From assembly GCA_037130925.1 (NCBI GenBank), contig JBAXSC010000001.1, forward strand, positions 253,877 through 317,876: a DNA stretch of 64,000 nucleotides, read 5' to 3'. The notes below the pieces were generated by a model, which ran no database searches, was not told where the DNA came from, and saw only the letters and a list, made by a program, of their open reading frames with translations. The translations under genes and the position numbers were made by a program. Below are positions 27,944 through 35,883 of the stretch, piece by piece. Position 1 is the stretch's first letter. The number at the start of each line of letters is the position of its first letter. The DNA is from Candidatus Nomurabacteria bacterium. Its GTDB lineage: Bacteria > Patescibacteriota > Minisyncoccia > Phycocordibacterales > UBA5272.

Positions 27944-29671
27944 ATGACTCAATCCGAAGCTCTCGACATTTTAAAAATGGGACATTCTGTATTCTTAACT
28001 GGTGCTGCCGGCACTGGAAAAACTTTCGTATTAAATAAATATATAGAATATTTAAAAACTCACGATATCAATCCAGCTATCACAGCCTCAACTGGTATCG
28101 CAGCGACACATATTGGAGGACAGACTATTCACTCTTGGAGTGGAATAGGTATCTTAGACAAGCTCGATAGATACGCACTCGATAGACTAGAGCAAAATGA
28201 AAAGCTTTATAAGAGATATGAAAATATAAAAGTTTTGATAATAGACGAAGTATCAATGCTCCACTCTTCTCGTCTCGATATGATAAATAAACTTTTCAAA
28301 ACTTTTAGAAAAAGTGATAAACCTTTTGCTGGAGTACAGATAATTTTTTGTGGAGACTTTTTTCAACTTCCACCTGTAGTTAAAAATTCTTCTTCTGATT
28401 TTGGAAGCGAAAAAGAATTCGCCTATCACTCAAATGCTTGGCAAGAATTAAATCCAGTGATTTGCTATCTCTCGGAAAATTATAGACAAGATGATGAACA
28501 TTTATTAAAAATGCTAAATAATATTCGCTTTGAAAGAGATATAGAAGAAACTCATAAAAAATTAGAATTAAAAATAAAAAGTAAAAAAGAATTAGACAAA
28601 GATGTGATAAAACTTTTTACTCATAATATCGATGTCGACTCTATTAATAAAAAAGAATACGATTCACTTGATCAAGATGAAAAAGAATATAGATTTGAAA
28701 TGTATGAAAAAGGAAAAAAGAACTTAGTCGATGGATTAAAAAATAATTGTCTCGCTCCAGAAATTTTAAATTTAAAAATTGGAACAAAAGTTATTTTTGT
28801 CAGAAATGATATCAATAAACATTATCAAAATGGAACACTTGGAGAAGTGGTAGATTTTGATATTACAGGACTCCCTATTGTAGAAACTTTTGGTAAAAAA
28901 AGAATTACTACCGATCGTGAAGATTGGCAATTAACAAATGATGATGGAAAAGTATTAGCGGAAATATCACAAATCCCTCTACGCTATGCCTGGGCTATCA
29001 CAATTCATAAATCACAAGGAATGACACTCGATGCGGCCGAGATAGATCTCGCAAAGGCTTTTGGGTCTGGTATGGGATATGTTGCACTTTCTCGTGTACG
29101 AAAATTAGAAAATATTAAATTATTAGGAATTCATCCTGACGCTCTAAATGTAAATAAAGATGTCTTGAGACAAGATAAAGTCTTTAGAGAAAAATCAGAT
29201 CGTGCTAGTACTGCTCTCGAAAAATATTATGAGAATGACGAAATGAAAAAGAAGCTTGCTAAAAAACAAGAAATCTTTATTGAAATGTCTGGCGGTAGTC
29301 TCGAAGCTCACGAAATAAAAGAAGAAGAATTTGAAGAAAAAATAAAAGTTAAAACAACTACTGTGACTTTAGAATTTATTAAAAAAGGAATTCTTCCAAA
29401 AGAAATTGCTGAAAATAGAGATCTCACACTTGGGACAATAGTCGGACATGTCGAAGAACTTTTTGAGTCAAAAGAAATAAATGAAAAAGATATAAAATAT
29501 ATTTTAAAAGATATTGAAAAACATTATTCTTCAGCTGATATGAAAACTATTAAAAAAGTTTTGAAAGAAGATACTGGCCTCAAAGCAAAACATATTAAAT
29601 TAAATACTAAAGAAAAAATAGATATAGATTTTCACACTTTGAAATTATTAAGATTGGAAATCGAGAAATAA
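27944..29671 (+). CDS. Pif1/RecD-like SF1B helicase with C-terminal HTH-like domain
   Basis: GAAGTGKTF Walker A, LIIDEVSML, FCGDFFQLPPV and AITIHKSQGMTLD motifs. The C-terminal segment LTLGTIVGHVEEL looks HTH-like. Confidence 0.8.
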   Translation: MTQSEALDILKMGHSVFLTGAAGTGKTFVLNKYIEYLKTHDINPAITASTGIAATHIGGQTIHSWSGIGILDKLDRYALDRLEQNEKLYKRYENIKVLIIDEVSMLHSSRLDMINKLFKTFRKSDKPFAGVQIIFCGDFFQLPPVVKNSSSDFGSEKEFAYHSNAWQELNPVICYLSENYRQDDEHLLKMLNNIRFERDIEETHKKLELKIKSKKELDKDVIKLFTHNIDVDSINKKEYDSLDQDEKEYRFEMYEKGKKNLVDGLKNNCLAPEILNLKIGTKVIFVRNDINKHYQNGTLGEVVDFDITGLPIVETFGKKRITTDREDWQLTNDDGKVLAEISQIPLRYAWAITIHKSQGMTLDAAEIDLAKAFGSGMGYVALSRVRKLENIKLLGIHPDALNVNKDVLRQDKVFREKSDRASTALEKYYENDEMKKKLAKKQEIFIEMSGGSLEAHEIKEEEFEEKIKVKTTTVTLEFIKKGILPKEIAENRDLTLGTIVGHVEELFESKEINEKDIKYILKDIEKHYSSADMKTIKKVLKEDTGLKAKHIKLNTKEKIDIDFHTLKLLRLEIEK

Positions 29672-29724
29672 AAAAAGCCCCTCAAGAATGAGGTGCTTTT
29701 TGCAAAAGATCTGATTGTGAATAT

Positions 29725-30231
29725 TTATCCACGAGCTAATCTTAATGCTAAAACAAATCTTTTCCATCTTGGCAACTTATGTGTCGCCAAGATTTCTTTC
29801 ATTGTTTGATAAAGAATTTTAAACTGGGTAACTTTAACCTGTTCTACTTCAAAAGAAATAGTTGGAGCTATAGACCCCGCATGAATCTTTTCAAGCAAAA
29901 TCTCCATGTCTTTAATACCATCCCAAGAACTAGTTTCAATAAGAATAGAATTCTCTACTTTACTAATGTAATGAAAAGTAGCTTTAGCCTCTCCAAAATA
30001 ATAAACTCCGTAAGTTCTATGACTTACAAACTGCACGGTGTTTGATAAATAAGAAGCAGAAAGAAAATGTTTCTTAAAAAGACTTTCTTTTTCAAGAAAA
30101 ACTTTTGGAAAACTAACATCAACACGAGGACAACTTGCCCAGTCGTAAACTGTTACTCCACAAAGCTGACGAGAAGCAAAATCTGATAAACCATCTTTGA
30201 TTGTCCAGTCTTTTTCTAATTCTGGAGTCAA
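29725..30231 (-). CDS. hypothetical protein (168 aa, TTG start)
   Basis: Long ORF, visibly less AT-rich than its neighbours, with no recognisable motif. The first ATG is only at codon ~109, so initiation is uncertain. Confidence 0.4.
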   Translation of the reverse strand: MTPELEKDWTIKDGLSDFASRQLCGVTVYDWASCPRVDVSFPKVFLEKESLFKKHFLSASYLSNTVQFVSHRTYGVYYFGEAKATFHYISKVENSILIETSSWDGIKDMEILLEKIHAGSIAPTISFEVEQVKVTQFKILYQTMKEILATHKLPRWKRFVLALRLARG

Positions 30232-30278
30232 ATTTAAATATAAACGTACTGAAATTTTTCACTCATTTCTCCGATCAT

Positions 30279-30298
30279 TGATAACTGAATTGTTATCA
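30279..30298. promoter_or_regulatory. operator-like palindrome TGATAAC-N6-GTTATCA
   Basis: 7-bp perfect arms at 30279-30285 and 30292-30298, with a third TGATAA half-site at about 30307. It lies in the predicted 5' UTR of ORF 29725..30231. Confidence 0.4.
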
Positions 30299-30333
30299 TA
30301 CGTCTTTGATAATAAGGTAATATACGTATATCA

Positions 30334-30362
30334 TAATATATATATATATATATATATGTCAA
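30334..30362 (-). promoter_or_regulatory. promoter whose spacer is the (AT)11 tract
   Basis: Minus strand reads TTGACA + (TA)n + TATTAT/TATGAT. TATATT falls at 16 nt and TATTAT at 18 nt from the -35. Confidence 0.45.
30336..30357. repeat. (AT)11 dinucleotide microsatellite
   Basis: 22 nt of uninterrupted AT repeats directly abutting a minus-strand TTGACA (30357-30362). Confidence 0.95.
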
Positions 30363-30395
30363 GCATAATATAAGCAAACCAATATTTTAATATTA

Positions 30396-30424
30396 TTGAT
30401 TAATAATATTTTCTGTACTATAAT
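30396..30424 (+). promoter_or_regulatory. promoter of the 51-aa peptide gene
   Basis: TTGATT at 30396-30401, 17-nt spacer, TATAAT at 30419-30424. Confidence 0.55.
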
Positions 30425-30469
30425 TAATCAGGATTTAAACAATATTTTCTTTTCATTAAAAAACACAAG

Positions 30470-30625
30470 ATGACACAAGAAGTTATTACACCAGTGACTA
30501 CCATATTGCTAGAAATAGTATCTGCGATTGGTCTGGTTATTGTAATGATTATTCCTTTCATCTTGTTTAAAAATAGAGAAGATGAACATGTAATAAAAAA
30601 TTACAATAAGAATATAAAATTCTGA
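30470..30625 (+). CDS. 51-aa single-TM peptide (below the ORF-track cutoff)
   Basis: Reads MTQEVITPVTTILLEIVSAIGLVIVMIIPFILFKNREDEHVIKNYNKNIKF, with its own near-consensus promoter and a TGA stop. Confidence 0.4.
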   Translation: MTQEVITPVTTILLEIVSAIGLVIVMIIPFILFKNREDEHVIKNYNKNIKF

Positions 30626-30656
30626 CAATCAATTATTAATTGAAAGCCAGAATTTT

Positions 30657-31652
30657 TTATTTCACAAAATACATGTCTTGATTATAATCAGAGATACCAA
30701 TATACTCCACATCTTTTATTTCTTCTCCATCAAGATCGAGATTGATAGTATTTTCAGAAAAATTCTTTTTACCACCACCGCTTTGAATAAATTTATAAAC
30801 TTTTTCAAAATCACGACAATATCTACAACCTTCACCTTCTACAGTTTCGTTTTTACATTTATACTCCCCTTTTTCTCTCAAATTTTTAATTTTAATTCCT
30901 ATTTCTAAAATCTTTTTTTCTGTCTCTTTTATATCTTCCAATTTTCCTTCATCAATTTCTATGACATGAAATTCATCATGCTCACTATTTTCTTTTTTAT
31001 TATCATGATCGAGATACCAATAAGCCGCTTCTTTTATTTTATAAATTTTCTTAGAATTTTCTTTCATTAAATTCGTAATCAGTAAATAATAAATTGGAAA
31101 TTGAAATGAATCATCATCTTCATCATTGCGACCAGTTTTAAAATCAACTATTCTGATAGCGTCATCTTTTTCTAAATATTCGGTCCAGTCTATAGATCCA
31201 CATAAAATTAAATTTTCCTCTGTACTCAAATAATAATTTGGTATCATATCTCCTTTATAAAAATAGTTTAAAGGAATTATCTTATTTAATAAAATTCCAG
31301 GATTTGCGACAACTCTCTTTATCATTTCTTCACCACGAGAAAAAAAACTATTTTCTTCTTCGAGGTCTTTGAATCCTCCTTTTTTTCCTTTGTATTTATT
31401 CCATTCTTTTCTAAAATTTTCTAAAAGATTTTCTTTGATTTCTTTTTCTCTTTCATCACTTTTTATTTTCTTTAAATCTTCGATGACTTTATGGACCGCG
31501 ATACCGAGAGTGAGATATGGTGAAGCGATATTTATTTTTCTGCGAGTTGATGGATCTTTATAAACATTTTTCAAAAAATAAAGTCTGTCACATGACAAAA
31601 AATCATTAATAGAAGAATGTGATATCCAAACTGATTTGTATTTATCGGGCAT
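30657..31652 (-). CDS. Cas4/AddB-like PD-(D/E)XK nuclease with Cys cluster
   Basis: GSIDWTE, IVDFKTG (D/ExK) and QFPIYYLL (QxxxY) motifs. Cys21 plus a C-terminal C-x9-C-x2-C is reminiscent of Fe-S nuclease domains. Confidence 0.7.
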   Translation of the reverse strand: MPDKYKSVWISHSSINDFLSCDRLYFLKNVYKDPSTRRKINIASPYLTLGIAVHKVIEDLKKIKSDEREKEIKENLLENFRKEWNKYKGKKGGFKDLEEENSFFSRGEEMIKRVVANPGILLNKIIPLNYFYKGDMIPNYYLSTEENLILCGSIDWTEYLEKDDAIRIVDFKTGRNDEDDDSFQFPIYYLLITNLMKENSKKIYKIKEAAYWYLDHDNKKENSEHDEFHVIEIDEGKLEDIKETEKKILEIGIKIKNLREKGEYKCKNETVEGEGCRYCRDFEKVYKFIQSGGGKKNFSENTINLDLDGEEIKDVEYIGISDYNQDMYFVK

Positions 31653-31751
31653 GGTTTTTGAAATGTTTTTTTAAATAAAATGTATTTTCGCGAGTTTTCG
31701 CTTGCGTGGCGCACGAGAGAAAATATATTTTATTTATGAAAAGATAATTTC

Positions 31752-34700
31752 TTATATTTTACCATTTAAAAGATCTTCTTCAAATTTCTCAATATCTTTT
31801 AATGTTAATTCTTCTTTTTTTAATCCCGTCTTTTCATTTATGAAATATGATGAAGTATCTGGAAAATCTAAATTCATGACTTTTTGATAAACTATTTTTG
31901 TTAAACTTTTAACTCTTTCTAAAAGCTCTTCATCTATGTCAAGCTCTAAAATATTTATTTTCTTTTTTGAATCTGCCTCAAGGAATTCTATATATCCAGA
32001 TTCTAATTCATATCCATTATAGCTCCTTGAATTTTTAATAAGAATAGAATAAAAAGCTAATTGATATTTAAAGAAGTGAAGCTTGATCTTGTCATAAGGA
32101 CTACTACCATCATCCCAATCTTTAAAACTCTTCCCTGTTTTGAGATCTGTCACTTTTACTTGATTACCAAGAATTTCCATTTTATCTATCTTTCCTGTTA
32201 ATTGAGCATTATCAAGAGTCACGCCTTCATTTGCGAAATTTACTTCGACTTCTATTTTTCTATCTTCTTTTCTTTCTTCTAAATCTTTCAAATAAATTTC
32301 TAAATTCTTTACTCCTGATTCATAATATTTATCAAAATCTATTTTATCTAAGCTTCCTCTCTCGAGAGCTTTTTTAAAATAATTAATTATTTTTTCTAGA
32401 TCTGGTTTTTCTTCATATTTTTTAAAATACAAATAATAATTTTGCATCGCTTCATGCATCGCAGATCCATAGACTGAGCTGGCTGTCATAGCCTGAGGAA
32501 AGCGAAGAAGGTTTTGCTCGATGAATTTCTCTGGACCAATTTTGCTAATATTCAAAAAGTTAATGAGATGCGTAACAGGCATTTTATAATTTTCTAAAAG
32601 TCTCTCAAGTAAAATCTTTTCATCTTCGATCAATGGATTTCTCTCTGTGATATAGAGACTATTCACTATATTTTTATTGATACCTGAGCTTGTCGAAGGG
32701 TCAGAATTTTCTAAATTCTTTTCTTTATTTTCTTTCATCTCTTCTTCATTTTCATCACTTAATAATTTAGAAAATTTAGTACTATTATTTGTAATATATA
32801 AAGTATGCTTCGCACGAGTCATAGCCACATAATAAAGTCTCACTCTATCATTAATATCATCACTCGCTGGAAGAAGTGGTAGATTAACAGGCATATCAAT
32901 TTTGTTGGCACGCTTTTTACCATTCCATTCATCTTCATCACTATTCATAATAAAAACATATTCATACTCGAGACCTTTACTCTTGTGAGCAGTCTGTAGA
33001 ACTATCGCATTTTTACTTGTCGCAAAAGGAGAAGTTAAAGTCAATGAAAGATTATTGTTGTTACTATAAATTTCTACAAAAGTTTTTAAATCTTTTGCAT
33101 ACAAAATCTCTCCATTTTTATACTCTCTCAAGACACCCATAAATGTACGAAGTGCGAAGAGAAAATCAAGATATTCTGGCTTGTTGTGCTCAAAATTATC
33201 TTTACCGAAATAATACTCTCTAAATGGCGAAATATAGCCCGTAGAGAGGCTTTTCACCTCATCACCGTCATCTACACTACTATCTATCTCCCACTCTCTA
33301 GTGCCTATTATTTTGTCTAATAAATATGGCAATGGCATTGATTTACTATCAGCTATCAGATCTATTAAAAATCTCGCAATATTCGCAACTTTTTCATCTT
33401 TACTATTTAGCATGACAGATATCCAAGAAACTCTGTTTTTTATTTTCTCTCCAAATTCTCCGATAGATATTTCTCCAGCTCTAACTTCTTCTGCTATTTT
33501 CCAGATAGTCAGTCTATCAATATTCCAAAATTTATAAGACAAAATCTCTGGAAGAAAATCTTCTCTCATATTTTCTGTACCAGTATCTACAAACTCGACT
33601 ATCTTTATCAATTCTTTTATCGGCTGTTTATCAAAAACATTTTCTTTTTTCTCATAGCTATATGGCAACTTATGCTCATTTAAAATCTGTGCCATCAATT
33701 TCAAATTTGCATGACTACGAGAAATAATTGTGATCTCTTTTGGATCAACTTTTTTATCTAAAATATTTTTTATCTCTCTCGCTATGAAATCCATCTCATG
33801 ATGTGGATTATCAAAACTCTCTCTGATTATTTTTCCGCCATGCTTTTCTAAAAGCTTTTTATTTTCTGCTCGGATATTTTTATTAATATCTTTTGGGAAT
33901 CTCACCTCGAGTCTGTCATCTATTTTTGTAATTAAATTTCTAGCTTGATCGAGAATGTTTTGAGTTGATCTATAATTTTTATTTAAAGTGATGAGCTGTA
34001 CACCTTTGTAGCTATTTATAAACTTTGTAATATTATCTAGCTCTGCTCCTTGGAATTTAAAAATAGCCTGATCATCATCACCGACGGCCATAACATTTGG
34101 TCTACCCTCATTGACTGGATTACTTGTCAGATTTTTCACTAAAGAAAATTGTGAGTCAGATGTATCTTGGAATTCGTCTATCATAATGTATTGATATTTT
34201 TCTTCAAGCTCACCACGAAGTGCCTCATTCTTTTCTAATTCATGAGAAACTTTAAATATCATGTCATCAAAATCGTAAAATCCTTTTTCATACATTGCTA
34301 AATTATATTTCTCATACACATCAGCGAGTGAGAGCCACTTTTCTATTTTTCCATCTTTACTATCTTTTAAAATTAAAATCCCATCTTCATTTCTCGTAAA
34401 GTAATTATCTTTCCAAGATGTGAGATTGTTCGCCTTTCCAGAATCTTCTGATTGCTTTATTTCTAGAGAAAGAGTAGTAGATAAAAATCTCGCTGTATCA
34501 TTATTTTTAATATTAATTAACTCTCTATAAATATTGAGATACGCATCACGCAAAACATCATATTTACTTTTACCTTTTATCTCAGCAAAGATTTCTCCTA
34601 ATACATTATTTACTTCTTGATATTCTTCTTGATTTTTATTTATCACATTTTTCCATTCTTCTCCTGTGAGATTTCCTTTTTTTAAGGCAGAGATAGTACT

Positions 34701-35180
34701 CAAAATATCATATAGATATGTATAGCCGAGCTCTGGATGACGAGAAGAAAGAGGATTGTCACGATTTAATTTTTCTAAAATATTTTCTAAAATTCCAATT
34801 CTCTCTACATCACTAGCCGGACGAAAACTCGCCCCTTCAAAAAAGTATTCTCCGTATCTACTCATCACATCACTCGCAAATGCATGGAAAGTATAAATGG
34901 CGACTCTGTATCCTGCCTCACCTATCAATCCGACTAGTCTCTCTCTCATATTTTGCGCTCCACTCTCTGTAAATGTGAGAAGCAAAATATTCCCAGCGGA
35001 GACTTGAGTCTCTTGCAATATCTTTGCAGTACGAAGTCCGAGCAACTCTGTCTTTCCACTTCCTGGTCCAGCGACAACGAGCACAGGCCCGTCGATCATA
35101 TCGACAGCCATTCTTTGTTTATCGTTTAGAGAATTATATCGATCTTGAAATGTTTTTGAGGATTTTTGAGAGTGGGTCAT
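31752..35180 (-). CDS. UvrD/PcrA-type SF1A helicase fused to a C-terminal RecB-like nuclease (AddA-like)
   Basis: AGPGSGKT, IMIDEFQDTS, VGDDDQAIFKFQGA and NYRSTQNIL motifs. The C-terminal part has GKIDKME...VTDLKTGK...YQLAFYSIL (PD-(D/E)XK). Confidence 0.85.
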   Translation of the reverse strand: MTHSQKSSKTFQDRYNSLNDKQRMAVDMIDGPVLVVAGPGSGKTELLGLRTAKILQETQVSAGNILLLTFTESGAQNMRERLVGLIGEAGYRVAIYTFHAFASDVMSRYGEYFFEGASFRPASDVERIGILENILEKLNRDNPLSSRHPELGYTYLYDILSTISALKKGNLTGEEWKNVINKNQEEYQEVNNVLGEIFAEIKGKSKYDVLRDAYLNIYRELINIKNNDTARFLSTTLSLEIKQSEDSGKANNLTSWKDNYFTRNEDGILILKDSKDGKIEKWLSLADVYEKYNLAMYEKGFYDFDDMIFKVSHELEKNEALRGELEEKYQYIMIDEFQDTSDSQFSLVKNLTSNPVNEGRPNVMAVGDDDQAIFKFQGAELDNITKFINSYKGVQLITLNKNYRSTQNILDQARNLITKIDDRLEVRFPKDINKNIRAENKKLLEKHGGKIIRESFDNPHHEMDFIAREIKNILDKKVDPKEITIISRSHANLKLMAQILNEHKLPYSYEKKENVFDKQPIKELIKIVEFVDTGTENMREDFLPEILSYKFWNIDRLTIWKIAEEVRAGEISIGEFGEKIKNRVSWISVMLNSKDEKVANIARFLIDLIADSKSMPLPYLLDKIIGTREWEIDSSVDDGDEVKSLSTGYISPFREYYFGKDNFEHNKPEYLDFLFALRTFMGVLREYKNGEILYAKDLKTFVEIYSNNNNLSLTLTSPFATSKNAIVLQTAHKSKGLEYEYVFIMNSDEDEWNGKKRANKIDMPVNLPLLPASDDINDRVRLYYVAMTRAKHTLYITNNSTKFSKLLSDENEEEMKENKEKNLENSDPSTSSGINKNIVNSLYITERNPLIEDEKILLERLLENYKMPVTHLINFLNISKIGPEKFIEQNLLRFPQAMTASSVYGSAMHEAMQNYYLYFKKYEEKPDLEKIINYFKKALERGSLDKIDFDKYYESGVKNLEIYLKDLEERKEDRKIEVEVNFANEGVTLDNAQLTGKIDKMEILGNQVKVTDLKTGKSFKDWDDGSSPYDKIKLHFFKYQLAFYSILIKNSRSYNGYELESGYIEFLEADSKKKINILELDIDEELLERVKSLTKIVYQKVMNLDFPDTSSYFINEKTGLKKEELTLKDIEKFEEDLLNGKI

Positions 35181-35280
35181 AAATAATTTTACTATTTAGT
35201 TTCTTTAATAATGGATAAATTATAACATTATTAAGATTTTAAAAATATATTTAAAATAGTGTTAAAATATATTTAATTTT

Positions 35281-35757
35281 ATGAAATTAAATATTTATAT
35301 AGACGGAAACAATTTATATCGTTCTGCAAAAGAACTTGGATTTGAAATTGATTATAAAAGATTTCGTATTTGGCTAACACAAAAATATAATACAAAAGAT
35401 ATATTTCTATTTATAGGTTATCTAGAAAATAAAAAAGATTTTTATAATTATTTAAAAGAATGTGGATTTAATTTAATATTCAAAGAAGCAATTTTGCATG
35501 AAGGAAATATAAAAGGTAATTGTGATGCTGAACTTGTATTAAAATCTGTAGACGATTTTCACCTTAAAAATTTTGATAAGTCTATACTCGTTTCAAATGA
35601 TGGTGACTTTGGATGCTTGGTAGAATTTTTAATACAAAAAGATGTATTTGATACTATAATTTCACCCGATAGAAATAAATGTTCTATTTTATTAAGAAAT
35701 AAGACTAATAAGCTTTTATATTTAAACGAAGTATATAAAAAGTTTTCTAAAAAATAA
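35281..35757 (+). CDS. NYN/LabA-like (PIN-fold) ribonuclease domain protein
   Basis: IYIDGNNLY, GNCDAEL and VSNDGDF acidic motifs typical of the NYN domain. An extended -10 TGtTAAAAT lies at 35260-35268. Confidence 0.7.
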   Translation: MKLNIYIDGNNLYRSAKELGFEIDYKRFRIWLTQKYNTKDIFLFIGYLENKKDFYNYLKECGFNLIFKEAILHEGNIKGNCDAELVLKSVDDFHLKNFDKSILVSNDGDFGCLVEFLIQKDVFDTIISPDRNKCSILLRNKTNKLLYLNEVYKKFSKK

Positions 35758-35771
35758 AGTTGGTATAAAAA

Positions 35772-35814
35772 GAAAAAACTCCCGATATAGACGCATCTAT
35801 ATAGGGATTTCTTT
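35772..35814. terminator. bidirectional terminator (NYN gene / DUF2075 fusion)
   Basis: TCCCGATATAGA (35780-35791) / TCTATATAGGGA (35796-35807) with one mismatch, flanked by A- and T-runs. Confidence 0.65.
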
Positions 35815-35883
35815 CATAGTGATATAGATATTATACACCGGTAAAAAAATAATGCAAGTTAATATTAACATTAATTATTAATT

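Noticed and set aside
31702-31887. Plus-strand ORF starting in the GC-rich spacer between the helicase-nuclease and the Cas4-like nuclease.
   Set aside because: It overlaps the 3' end of the 1142-aa gene and has no promoter or motif. The GC-rich block is better treated as an RNA/DNA element.
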